From NCBI GenBank assembly GCA_964019425.1, contig OZ025803.1:310001-374000 (forward strand): a DNA stretch of 64,000 bases. Reading direction: 5' to 3'. The stretch is from Flectonema sp. DT1601. Its lineage: Eukaryota. This document shows positions 1 to 11,902 of the stretch, one piece after another (positions within the stretch are counted from its first letter, which is position 1; every line of letters begins with the position of its first letter). The position numbers were made by a program, and so were the translations under genes. A model generated the notes under the pieces. It saw nothing but the letters and a program-made list of their open reading frames with translations. It ran no database searches and was not told the DNA's origin.

Positions 1-345
1 GTCCCTCTAAGGCTCCTGAAACTACGTATGGCGGAACAATGTGTTTTTATTTATTTATATTGTTATTTTGATTTTTAGTGCAACTATTTTATAATAAACT
101 CATCTTTTAACTATTTTTTCCTCTTTTTCCTCAGAAAGCCTGAGAAGGGTCCACGCGGCCACTCAGTTTGACAGTTTTGTTCCTTTCCCTTTTTTTTTTT
201 TTTAAAAAAAATTGCTTTTCTTTTTTTGTCATTTTTTTTTTTTTTTTTTTTTTCACAGTGCTATCGGCACCATGAAAAACCACCGCAGGATATTTGATAA
301 ATTTAAGGATTTTTTTTTTCCCCCTTGGTCGATATAACAAAAAAC

Positions 346-425
346 TTTTTCAGTCAAGTACTTTGATATTAATTTTGTTTTTAATACCTAAAAGTTGTTA
401 CTGTTTTTACATTGTCAAAGTTTCA
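346..425 (+). mobile_element. ~80-bp U-rich SINE-like insertion (copy 1) flanked by an imperfect ~27-bp direct repeat
   Basis: 346-425 closely matches the reverse complement of 24601-24670 (TTTTTCAGTCAAGTACTT(T)GATATTAATTTTGTTTTTAAT...GTTGTTACTGTTTTTA...GTTTCA). It is flanked by CCCCCTTGGTCGATA(TA)ACAAAAAACT at 320-346 and 427-453. Confidence 0.6.
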
Positions 426-1220
426 CCCCCCTTGGTCGATACAAAAAAAAACTGTGGATTTTACTCCTCGTGGCTATTGTTGTTTTTTGTTACAATTCTA
501 ACTAACAAATAATGTTCGTGTTTGGCCAACTACTTAGTACTCTACAGTATGGGTATCCCTATCAGTAATTTATTCTTGTTCCCGTCATCTGTACTCCCTC
601 GAAAAGCTGCAAATCTTCGCTACAGGCCGGGCCTTCGTCTCGGCAACAGCATTGCGTAAGGGAGGCAGCAGCGAGGCAAATTCGTGCTTATTGTTGTTGC
701 ATGAATTTCGATTTAGTTATTTTCTTTTTTTTTGTTTGTCCTGCTCTCTTGCCATGTTTTAAGTTCTGATATTCTTTTATTGAACAGTTTTTCTTTCTTG
801 TGAGATAATAATTTACAAAAAAAACACAAAAAAAAAAAAAAAAAAGAACATTTATTCATGTCGTAGTTTCTCTCTCTCAGTACCTGTCTTTTTGAATGTG
901 TTGACACTTGTTTTGTTTCAAGGCTTCACTAATTCATTACTGTAACCGATTATTACCTGTTGGACGACAAGTTGCAACCTCTTCATAAGAAAATCCAGTT
1001 ATTGCTCTCCAGATTTCACAGTTTTTTCTGTTTTCTTTATTCTTAGTCAAGTAGTTTGTGTATTTATCTAACGATGTTTGTTGAACTATTTCTTTTCCCT
1101 TTTGGTACCAGGTCTGTTTGTTGTGTGAGATAGAGCTTATGTTTCGAAACTACTATTGAACAGCGACAATGACTATGAATGTTTTGTGTGTTTCGTATCG
1201 TATTGAAAACCTTATTCATT

Positions 1221-1236
1221 ATTATCCCCTCCACAG
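1221..1236 (+). promoter_or_regulatory. Putative spliced-leader trans-splice acceptor (pyrimidine/C-run then AG)
   Basis: ATTATCCCCTCCACAG about 30 nt before the DnaJ ATG. Similar CCCCTCAG, CTCTCTCAACAG and ATCCCAACAG motifs precede the mucin, ADRM1, VPS26 and HPF1 ATGs. Confidence 0.5.
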
Positions 1237-1267
1237 AGCGTTTTTCTTTTTTTTCTTTTGAAAAAAG

Positions 1268-1950
1268 ATGATGCGCCGTGTTACTTTAGCCGCGGGCAGA
1301 CGTGCGCCATTCTCCCAAAAGAGATGGTGCGAGAGTGGAGTGAGTACATTGGATCCTTATGAGGTATTTGAGGGTAAGGTTACCCCAGACAGTACAGAGA
1401 AAGAAATAAAGGAAGCTTACCGAGAGTTGCAAAAACAATACCATCCTGACATTAACGCAGATGTCGACCCGAGGAAGATTACTGAAATCATTGAGGCATA
1501 CAAACAACTTATGAAGCAAAGTTACAAAAAGGGAATGGTTCAAGGTTGGCTTCGCCGTAGTGGTGGTGACGAACCTCCAGTACCAAGATCTGAGTTGCAG
1601 GAACGTGTTTACCGTCCTGCGTCTGCTAAGTGGGAGGAATCAACATCGATGATGCTTTTCAGAATTAAGAAGCGGTATGGAACGATCATATTTTGGTTAG
1701 CTAAGATTCTCTTCAACATCGTCCAGATTGTTCGCCGATTCCAGATATTAGTATGTGATTCCATTTATTGTTTTAGACGTGTTTTGCACATAGAAACAAC
1801 CTAACAAAACAGTTCATGATCTTCGCCATCGGTATCGTTGCCCAATCTATCAAGCAGGTGCTAAGCAACAGAAGACACGAAGAGATGCGTGCCATTAAGG
1901 CTAAAAGGGGAGAATCTGAGGAGGGAATTCAGTTAGTAAGAGCAGCGTGA
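1268..1950 (+). CDS. DnaJ/J-domain protein, probably mitochondrial membrane; exons 1268-1750, 1813-1950
   Basis: J-domain with HPD motif (IKEAYRELQKQYHPD) and an Arg-rich presequence-like N-terminus. A 62-nt intron GTATGT(1751)...CTAACAAAACAG(1812) restores a hydrophobic segment and ends at TGA 1948-1950. Confidence 0.8.
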
Positions 1951-2872
1951 GTGACTCTTCTACAGGAAACAGTGATCAGCATACCCGCTGCGTTTGCACG
2001 CGTCTTTGGAGATTTGGAAGTAGACAGTTGCTAAGAAACCATCCCGCAGTAGTAACGCATTCAAATGGGTGAGTTTTTTGTTTTTGTTTTCTTCGAATAA
2101 AATTTTCGAATTAGGGAAAAAAGTAAGAAGAAAGCCGCATCGTCTATACAATCCTTCAAGTCCACATCTTGTGGACAGGAACCCTTTTTGTTGTTTTTTT
2201 TTTGTTTTCGTTTGTTTGTTTAATTGTTTGTTGCTGATGTTTGTTGGTGAAGTCAAAGTATTCCCTTTATGTAGGGTTCACGGTGTTGAACCGCATGCGT
2301 TCAAAACGGGTATTTTGTGGAAACCGTGAAAAAAAAAAAAAAAAAATTAAAATTTTTGTTACCGTTCTCAGTGATATCTTGTTGTTCGGTTACTAGTGAC
2401 TTGACCGCCAGAGCGCTATAATCGAAATAGATTACTGCCTGCTGGTTTTTTTTTGAAAGTAAGAAGAATATTGAGAAAATTATATTTTATTCGACGGCAC
2501 TTAGCTGCCATTAATTGTCGAGAGTAGGAACCTGAGATCAGTCGGTTGTCAGGTCAAAGGTGTCTTTTGGTCTTTAGAACTCAGCCCTCTATCCTACCCG
2601 CTCCCCTTCCACGTACCCCAATCAATCAGTATTCAACGGACATGAAGGTGAAAGGGGAAGAAGAAGAAAAAAAAAAAAAAAAAAAAAAAAGCAGTGGTTT
2701 TTTACTCTTCAGTCTATTTTCACATAGGATTCTGGGTAGTCAGAATAAGTATTTCTTTTGTCTTAATAGAATCATCAAAAGATGGAAAGTAATTATAATA
2801 TTTAGTAATTGCTCAAACCTTGATTAGGTTTATTACTATATCATTATTATCATCAGGGCCACAACAACAAAT

Positions 2873-3755
2873 ATGAGGTCTGCTACCCGGGCAGTTCTCG
2901 GGCATTCTCCGAGAGTTTCACAAAAGCGTTTTAATGAGGGGTTTGAGATGCAACCTGTCAGGGATACTACCTACCAAGGTAACCAGCTTCTCTATGACAA
3001 GACTGGGCTCCGACAATACAAACCGAAGGCGAAAGTGAAGTCAATTATGTTTCTTAACTATAAACCAGTTCCTATAGAAGCAGGTGAGGAAAATCTTTTA
3101 GAAGTCTGCATTAGGGAGGGTATTGTTATTCCAAAATTTTGCTACCATCCTGACCTGTCTGTCGCTGGTAACTGTCGTATGTGTATGGTCCAATTAGCAG
3201 GTACACAGAACATTATCGTGGCTTGTGCGACTCCAGTTATGGCAGGTATGTCTGTCCTTACTGAGACAAGACTGGTAGCCACTGCTAGAGAGGGTAACGT
3301 TGAAATTCTTATCATCAACCATCCTCTCGATTGTCCAATTTGCGACCAGCAGTACATGTGTGACTTGCAAGATATTACTTATGAATATGGATCCCCAAAC
3401 TTTCGTTTCAGAGAAAACAAAACTGCCTCTGTAGACAAACCTATTGACCCATACATTAAATCTTCATTTGTAAAATGCATCCATTGCACTCGCTGTACTC
3501 GTTGGACTCAGGAAGAAACTAAGAACTGGTCATGGGGTATGTGTGGTCGTGGAGGAGGTTCTGAAATCACAACCTTCATCCCAGGTAAGGTATCAAAAGA
3601 GGACGGTTACGTCAATCAAAACATCAAAGCAGCTAACCTTTGTCCCGTTGGAGCTTTGACCCCAATGAATAAGGTACGTTTTTTTTATTTCGCCTCGCTT
3701 TTTTTAATAGAAACTAAAATCAAAACAAAACCCACAGAACCGAAAACTCAGCTTG
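2873..3755 (+). CDS. NDUFS1: Complex I 75-kDa subunit, N-terminal Fe-S half only (split NDUFS1/Nad11); exons 2873-3673, 3738-3755
   Basis: Fe-S motifs FCYHPDLSVAGNCRMC, HPLDCPICDQxxxCDLQ and CIHCTRC...CPVGAL. Intron GTACGT(3674)...CCCACAG(3737) is followed by NRNSA-stop. No C-terminal domain follows. Confidence 0.9.
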
Positions 3756-4464
3756 AACCTGACATCTCCGGCGTTCGATGCTACCCTCTAGTGGCTATCG
3801 CTGTTTTTGACCTGAAACGCGAAATTTCCTGCTCGTTTAGGGATATTTGGTATTTTGTGAGAAAAGCGAAGTACCCCTAACGCTTTCCCATGTGCCCCAT
3901 GGGAAAAGGTCTTAGGTTTTACAGCACCTTTTGACAGCATTGTCTTGGAAAAAGTGGCGAAACGACGCTAAAGATGCGACATACGCAGCAGCTTATATGT
4001 GGCATATAAGCCGCGGGGCTGCTATAATTGTTCACAACGCGGATGACTTGTAATTTTTCTTTTCCGCATGTGACATTAACGAGAGGCAGCCGTTATTAGA
4101 AACAGCTGATGGCTTACTTTTGTATATTTTTTTTAATAACGGTTTTTATAATGTGTTTTTCCTCCTACCCTCTACTGCTTCTACATAAAATAAAAGAAAC
4201 GTGTAGCAAACTCGGAAAACTGTCTTTTGGTCAACTGTTTTTTTTTTTGTTTTTCTTGTTTATGAATCATTCAGTTCTGCCTTTGCTTTTTTATATGGTC
4301 TTCTTTAACATAGTGTACAACCACGATTTTGAAAAAAACAAAAGAATAACAACAACAACAAAAAAAAAAAAAAAAAAAAAAAAAGCTGAAAAAAAAATTA
4401 TAATAGTGTCTTGAAAAAGGTTGACCAGGCAAACCAGAAGAATTACAAATTTCATTGAAACAAC

Positions 4465-4495
<31 letters not shown>

Positions 4496-4698
4496 AACTA
4501 CTTTTTTTTCGGGAGTGGGAAGGAGGTAAAGATGATATTGAGTGTATTAGTTCTGGTTGTGATGCCGCATGTGAGAATTACTTGTATTGTGCTTATCATA
4601 TTATTCAGCAGTCATAGAAAATGTCTTGTTTTGAGAGTCAACTCAGAACCGATATCTATTACCTTTTCTCAATACAGCATACATAAGGCAAGTGAAAC

Positions 4699-5250
4699 AT
4701 GGGAGGTAAGGGATCTGAGAAAGGTCGACAAAAGGGAATTGGAGGTCGTAAGGGAGCAAAGGGGCTAAAGTCATGGAAAACTCAGCGAAGTGAAAGCTGT
4801 CCTCGGCTGCTTAGGCTTTGGTGGGACGAAGAGAAATTCCCAGAAGTAGCAGAGTTCACTGAAGAAGGATGGAATGAAGACAAAGAGATGTGTTTATATT
4901 ACTGGAATGATACTACTCTACAGGAAATGTCTTCAAAAATTCACAATTGCGGTACAATGGTTGAAAGACGTGAACAGAATAACATCATTCCTGGCACACC
5001 AGTTTGTTACTCGTTTGGACTGCTGACCTCCACAGCTACCGATGCCAAACCTCTTTATCGGTTCGTTCACACCTCCCCTTCGATAACATTTCCGCTCTCT
5101 GAAGAAACTTTAGATACCACTCGCACGGTCAGTTCAGTCCTCCGAAACGCCTCTTTTATGATATGCAAAATTCATACTTCCGGGGTATCCTCTCCAACTA
5201 AAGCACTTACAACATCGAAACCGGAAGGTGATGGCAATGACAGAGACTGA
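4699..5250 (+). CDS. SAP18: SAP18-like (Sin3-associated/ASAP complex subunit)
   Basis: RSESCPRLLRLW and EMCLYYWNDTTLQEM resemble SAP18 REKTCPLLLRVF and ELQIYTWMDATLKEL. Confidence 0.65.
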   Translation: MGGKGSEKGRQKGIGGRKGAKGLKSWKTQRSESCPRLLRLWWDEEKFPEVAEFTEEGWNEDKEMCLYYWNDTTLQEMSSKIHNCGTMVERREQNNIIPGTPVCYSFGLLTSTATDAKPLYRFVHTSPSITFPLSEETLDTTRTVSSVLRNASFMICKIHTSGVSSPTKALTTSKPEGDGNDRD

Positions 5251-6493
5251 GGTCAAAATGATTTCGACCCTGAGTAAAATACTAACTAACATGAACATTA
5301 ATTGCTATTGTTTTTTTTAAAAAAAAAAAATCCGAAATTTGTGGAGAAGGCGTGTTTCTAAAAAGAAACGATGAACGGGAAGTGTTGTCGATGGAACGAA
5401 ACTGTTTGACTTCGTGAATCGTTTTAATGCTTCAATTGTTACCTGGGCAGAAAGTTTAGTGCGATACTCAAACTCATAGTAACTTCTTGTTCTCAACAGG
5501 AAGGCCAATATGTTGTGTCCCTTTTTCAGTGAATCTCTTACTTCGTGCGTTTATAATTATTACAGATTCTACAACAGCAACAACAAGCTAACATCATCCA
5601 GCAGCTCACAACAGGAACAGCAGAGACAGAATACAGAATTGTTCCCAAGAAGTATGAATCAACAGCAGGTTCATCAGCAGCAACGGGCAGGCATAATACA
5701 AAGTAGGAATTCTCTGTTGCCAAAACTTTATTTTTCTCCACCTAAAGGAATTTTTCTCTGTTAATTTTTTTTCCCGTTCTTTTTTTTTGCATTTAACAAG
5801 TATTGTAAGAAAAAGAATGTTGGCAGCGTAGCTTTAATGTCGCTTGCGACCAGGCTCGCATGTGTCTTGACTTTGAAATTCGGTTGGAATGACGTGTAAA
5901 AGGACAACAGGTGTCGCTGTAAGGTGACCCAGCCCTGCGCACATACCGTTCTTTAGCAAAACTTCCGGAGGCTGAGAACACCATCAGGACCTGAAGTACA
6001 ACCTGTCCGTGATTATTGTCCTTGCTAAGTCAAGCCAGATGAACTTCTCTTGGTTTTTGTGCAGGAAGAGGGCAAGCGGCCCAACGAGCGTTCGTGGCCC
6101 AGGCTGCAATGGCAGTGCACTTGGCGGAAACATGGGCGATGGCCACGGAAGTGGTAGCGTCCGGAGAGGCAATTAAAAACAGCTTTCCCAACTTAGCTTT
6201 TCATTAGTTATTTATAATCAGTAAAAACACTGTGATATCAGATGTGATATTGTCCAACAGAAACCTTCCTTGGCAATTTCTCTTAATTTTGGGGCCAGTA
6301 GTATTTTACTACCATGCAACGGAAACGATCAACAGCAAAGTATCTCACAAAAGTAATACAGTAACTATAAATAACGTTTGCCAAATCATGACCTGTTACG
6401 TATGTTATATCACACTACACGGTTTGTACAGGCCGGACGCGCTTTCCAACATGGACGGGGTCGGGTGTGGGTCCCGCGGAGGGGAACGGAAAC

Positions 6494-6551
6494 GGGAGTG
6501 GTGCATGGCCGCTCCTGGTTCCGTTAACGAACGAGATCTCGACCCTTCAGT
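6494..6551 (+). pseudogene. Internally deleted 18S (SSU) rRNA fragment
   Basis: GTGGTGCATGGCCGCTCCTGGTT is joined directly to CCGTTAACGAACGAGATCTCGACC. These are two conserved eukaryotic SSU blocks that are normally about 25 nt apart. Confidence 0.75.
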
Positions 6552-6989
6552 AGGGGCGCTCGTCGCTTAGGTCTTAGGCGTTCTACGTCCTTTTTCCAAG
6601 ACAGTGCCGCCCAAAGAATAAGGGTTAATCGAGTAACCTGTTATTTTTACATAACTCTTGCTGCGCATTAGACTAAACTAGCTCAGTCTTCTGTTTCTCT
6701 CTTGTATTCCTTTCTATTTATGAACGAACCTATTGGGGTCAACTTACCCCGCTCATAAACAGGATATCGAGTAGGGAATTAACCCTCTCTGAATCACAAC
6801 GTATCCAGTATCAAAAAAGAATTGGCACCTCACTAAATAATTCTCACACTTTGTTTTGTTTGTGCGCAACCGGAAACAAGCCTATAAAGTAAGGTGTTGA
6901 CGTTGTGGACCACCTAATGCGTAGAACCCCCAGATAATAACACCACAGCTTCCACGTGAAACGTCTAGGTAAGGGTCTGGGGGTAAGGG

Positions 6990-7700
6990 GGTATTGTTAG
7001 AGTCTCTGCCCACTTGGCGCGGCATCTTCGTCGAAGATCCCACTCAATACCAAAAGCATTAATTGTCTGAACAATAGGACCCACATCCCTGCAATACTTT
7101 GTACACAGGCTCCGAAATCTCGCAGCTACTTCCACGGTAACAGGTTGTTGGGTCCGCTCTTGAGGCCTATCGCTGCTGTTCGTATTGTGTCACTGTCAAC
7201 CAACCACAGAAAATCTTGCAGAAAATCCATTCGAATGTGAGATTTCGCCATGATGCCATCATACGTTGTCGAAAACTACTTCAAGTAAGGTTCTTCGGCC
7301 ACATGTCTAATTTTAAATCATCTGTAACAAATTCGCCGGGTCGTCGGGTTTGTTTCGTTGTCGTCCAGGCCTGCGGTATGTAAAACAACGTCGTCTGTGG
7401 ACACTTGTGTCGAGCTGCGAAGAGAAATCGTCTCGGTTATTGATGCCATCATCGCTCGGTATATGGAATATTGTCTGGCTGGTTCCGCCGTGATGTCGCC
7501 TGCTTCTCGTTTCAGTTGGGTCCACAACATGAAGTTCTCATCTTCCGACATCAAAGGGTCCACTTCGATGGCTTGACAGTGAAAACGAGCCCACTGGCTC
7601 ATTACAGGTTTGATTGCCTGAACCGACCTTGGGCACGAGGGGGTTGCATTCTTTACCCGTTCCCGTAGAACCACCAATTCTGTCTGGTTTAGTTTTGGTT
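6990..7700 (-). pseudogene. Degenerate retroelement remnant, possibly RT of a tyrosine-recombinase (DIRS/TATE/VIPER-like) element
   Basis: Broken reading frames. The segment 7135-7025 translates VEVAARFRSLCTKYC...AFGIEWDLRR, resembling the F-x-G-x-x-x-D-L primer-grip region of such RTs. Confidence 0.3.
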
Positions 7701-8180
7701 GGCCTTCAACGGGCGCCCATGAACCGACGGGGTTTGAAGTCAGCGTCTGAACGGGTTTCCCCCCTTCCTGCCACCGTTTCCCGCCATTGGTTTGGGTCCA
7801 GGTTCAGTTCGCTCCTTGTTCTTCACTCCCCTATCAGCTGATTCGGCTCCTTCATCGCTGCCTTCCAGCAGGTCTCAGTGACGTCCTTGTAGGGCTCGGT
7901 CGTCAGGCCTGGAAGTCACCGATACCTTCCGACGTCGTTCCCTTTCTAAACATCGATTCCAATCTTGTCAATGCAATCTGAATGCTATTGCCGGGAATGG
8001 ACCATACCCGTTCTCTATCTTTTCGCTGATGGCTTCCAGCCCATCCATGGTGCCCACCGTGCTGCGCTATTTCCTTTCGTTTATATAGGTCAATATCTCT
8101 ATACGATATCAAATATTTCTATCCCTTTATCAGTTCTCACACCCCTGTCTTCATCACAAGAAAACTTATATTTAAATTAA

Positions 8181-9362
8181 CCCTTACACCACCGGAGCTG
8201 ATATATCAGTCTGAAAAAAAATTTTTTTTTTGCTAAGTTAAAATTTTACATTTCTGAGTACAACGATTTCACGGGAGAGGTATTATTGCGATGTCTTTTA
8301 TGTTCCTTACGTGTTGCGCTGCAATAGTTTTTATTAAATGGGAAATTTTCCATTTGCTAAAGCTGGCCAAAATCAACTTGGGAAATATGTCGGTCCACAG
8401 TTCTGATGAGGATGCACCAGTATTTGTTAATCCATCGTCGGTGTGCTCCGATTAGAGTTGCACACAAGTCGGAGCTGCAGGTTTTTGAGTTTTTCTCCGG
8501 ATAATCAGTTTTCCAGCTGATGAAGAAAAACTCTGAGGTCTATGCCTCACAGAGGGGAAGAAAATTTAAAACCAGTAAGCAGGAGCGAAGGGCCTTTGTT
8601 GGCACAACACTACTGACGCGCCCCCCAATAAAATCTAACCTGGGGATTCCTGGGGTTTGAATGGCATGCTGTTGACCCCCCTGTTGTTCTTTCCGCAAGT
8701 GTTTTCATGTAATCGCTTTGTCGAAATACTGAGAACTTCTCTGCGATATTACCTGCTCCCAAGCATGAGGATCCGAAGTGGAGACGTGTATTTTGAATTC
8801 CTTTATCCTGAGTAGCTGCACTGTTACTAATGAAGTTCCATGATCTGGGGTCGATGTTATTTATATTTTTCGAGCTTATCAACCCCGATGCGGTAATCCT
8901 CCTGTGTGTCTGAACCTGCTGTGCCATGATGCGGGTTGTTTGTGTATTTTCCGCTACCACAGAGGGCTTTTACAAGCTCAAAAAACAGGGAAAAAATCTG
9001 ATTTTTCGATTTAATATCGGCCGTGATTTGGCATTCTCTTTACTTGGGCTCCCTTTGACATGATGTTGCGCAGAAACATCATCCCTTTCAAAATACGGGA
9101 AGGGAATAACATGCAGCTGCTATGAATGGAAACCGTTGAGTACGTTATTGCGACACTGCCGACTTTGTTAGTTCTGCTGAATGTGCAACAACGCACCAAG
9201 GTACGCACCGTTAGGTGTGTGGGTGACAGGTGCTATTGACCCGTAGGAGTAGTTGTGTCCGGTTTGGTACATAGGTTTTCTGGGGGGGTACCTTTTCTCT
9301 TTTTGAAAAAACAGTAAAATTTTGGACCCGTTGTTTTGGGGGTTCTTACGGTGGTGTAAGGG
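8181..9362. mobile_element. Non-autonomous piggyBac-like DNA transposon (1182 bp)
   Basis: TTAA at 8177-8180 and 9363-9366. Perfect 14-bp TIR CCCTTACACCACCG (8181-8194) / CGGTGGTGTAAGGG (9349-9362). No intact transposase ORF. Confidence 0.85.
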
Positions 9363-9374
9363 TTAAGTTAAAGA

Positions 9375-11700
9375 ATGACTCGTGTAAATTTTGAGTTCTT
9401 AATTGAGACTTGGGAGGCGCAGATGGGTGAGGAACCACCAAAGAAGCTCGATAATATCAATCTGGACGGGCTGGTTGCAAACATTCCCTTTAGCATCGAC
9501 TTAAGTACATTGAGATCCGACAAGGAGACAAGAAGGTTGATCCAAGGCACACTGGCCATGTGTCTCGGGATCTCCAATGATGCGGCCAAGACACTTTCGA
9601 TGAATAAGTATCTAGTAATACTTGGTGTGTTATCAAGGGGCCGCCTGCAGTTGGTCAACTAGAGCGCCGCCCGGATGAGCGAGCGGATATCTAAGGGGGG
9701 GTCGGATAGGCTGGTGACACACGACGAGGCGGAGGATGCGATGGCTGCAGCAGGGCACAGACACACTGCGAAGTGATACCAAGCAGGGGTTCGACTCGCT
9801 GAGAAGCGAAACGCAGACGGCGTTTAGCCAGTATCAGGGGGAGAGCCAATCAGTGAGGAGAAGGGTTGGGGAGGCGGCCACTGAAAAAGCCGAGAACATC
9901 GGAGGCATGTGGGAGGCCTTCAGGGAACAACAGGCCCAACAACAACAACAACAAGCTAGCGTTACCCAGCAAATCACACAACAGCAGGGAGATCAGCAAA
10001 AGCAGAAGTGATCCAGAAAATCTTACAAGAAATAGCAGGTCTGAAGAACGGGTTGACTACGGCTCAACAAGTTCCAGTAGTCGGGGGGGCAGCACAGCAC
10101 CGGGGTCGAACGAAGCGATGACACGGGAGGTGACTGATCCGTCTGCAGGCAGGGATGTAACAAAGTGGGCATCCGTTATGAAGTCAGGAAAGACCGAGGC
10201 ACTGATCCATGGGATCAGGGAGCGGTATGTGAACGGTCTGGAGTACAAGGTTGGTGGGGGCCAGCTTGGTAGGTGTTCCACCAGTCCGAACTCATTGTGA
10301 CAAGTTTTCTTCATGTAATTGGGATGACCAAAGAGGCGAGTGTGTCAACCCGTGTCGATCTTATCGTTCACAATCGGACTGCACCAACTCACCGTATGGA
10401 AGCCAGTGTTTTTGGCAACACTCTACTGGTTATGGCAATAAAAGCCAAAACCAGTATCAGATGATTCCATCAGCTGGATATTCAAGAGGAACATAATAGA
10501 GCCACATCTAAATGCGATTGCATAATAGAGCCACATCCAAAATAGGGCTACCTTAGACCAATGCCAGGGATGTCCGGATCAATATGACGCATCAGAATCC
10601 TGTTTTATATGTGTGACACAGAAGTACGATTCGGGCAATACTTGCAGATTATGTGACGTCAATTTAGATTGTAGTAATCACGCTTTGTGTGGAAAGGGGG
10701 ACGACGTTCTTGATCCGGAGGTGGATCCACTTAAACTGAAGGTTGGGAATTCTAAATACGCTGCTTACACGGGAGGTGTTCTTGGAAATTGTGTTTTCGC
10801 CCTTTCGACCCAATAATTGTTCATCTCACTGCTGCCTTAATCCGAACAAGGTATCTAAACCGAGTAGAATTTAACGAAGCAGCAGCTGACTTGCGGTTCC
10901 CGTACATCAGTTTGTTCTTTGTTATTTTCATGTTTCACGGAATGGCCACTTGTGGACTGAAGCTTCTAATATTTGGAGGTGCTGGTGAAAAGGTGTTGGG
11001 GGTTTCTTCCCTCTTTCATTTAACATTGGATTTCTTGTATTGATTGTAGCAAAGACGAGAAGGACTTGTCGAAGGACATTACGTACTTTGGCAGGTCAGG
11101 AACTACACTCGTCGGGAAACGGGAGAGGGTTCGCAAAGTGACCAGCCGACCGGACCCTGCAAGTAACAACAAAACCAACGTTCCTAAAACGAAGGTTAGA
11201 CACGCAAGTATTGGAAACATCCCCATTGCCAAAGTTAAAGTTGAGAAAGCCCGCAAGACTTATGCAGAAGCACTCAAGACAGGTGTTGAGGAGCAGCCGA
11301 CTAAAAACAAGGTTAGGAGGATCTGTAAGTTTAATCGTTCAAGACCCGGACAACATTGTAAAATCCGCAGTCCGAGGATTCCCCAGCGGAGATGAACATA
11401 AGCTCAGTTGGAACAGAAGAGATCGCAGATTCAACGGAAACAATGTCCTCAGAAGGATTAGAAGGAAATGTGGTTGGGAAGATCCTGTTGGACATGATGG
11501 AGGGATGCCCAGAGGGGACGAAGAGGCGGCATGCCGAGGATTCCGTCACATACATGGAGGCGACAGAAAAGCTTCAAGAAACACTGGAGAAGATGTGGGC
11601 CTCAAAGACAACAGCAAGCAGGCGGAATCTGTGGAGAAGATTCCGCCTTTTGTTAGTTCCGCATCGAGTTCCTCCCATCTGAGAATTGTTAGCTCTTCGT
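9375..11700 (+). pseudogene. Mosaic of short disrupted coding fragments (coiled-coil/gag-like, Cys-rich, zinc-knuckle-like, YR N-terminus-like)
   Basis: Unrelated short ORF pieces: Q-rich coiled coil 9736-10011; Cys-rich CDKFSSCNW...C...C...CFW ~10290-10430; CRLC...H..C ~10640-10690; TYAEALK ~11258-11278; WASKTTASRRNLWRRF ~11595-11645, resembling the start of YR core-binding domains. Confidence 0.3.
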
Positions 11701-11902
11701 GGATTTCTTTAAATTATTTTGAACTACAGAAAAGGGAATAAAAAAAAAAAAAAAAAAAGGATAATGGCTTTAACTTAAACTAACACGGAAATTGGGAAAC
11801 ATAAAAACTATTTTATTGTTTTCCCGTCCGAACAATATTTTTTCAGTACCTTACAATACTTCAAACAAAAATACAAAAAATAAATGACAACCAAGAATCA
11901 AT

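Noticed and set aside
6619..6790. Extra piggyBac-like ends TAAGGG-TTAA (6619-6628) and TTAA-CCCTCTCT (6779-6790)
   Set aside because: No convincing partner TIR in the window; the matches are too short.
10492..10537. 17-bp direct repeat CATAATAGAGCCACATC, considered as a CRISPR-like repeat
   Set aside because: Only two copies 12 nt apart. There is no regular repeat-spacer array and no cas genes anywhere in the window.
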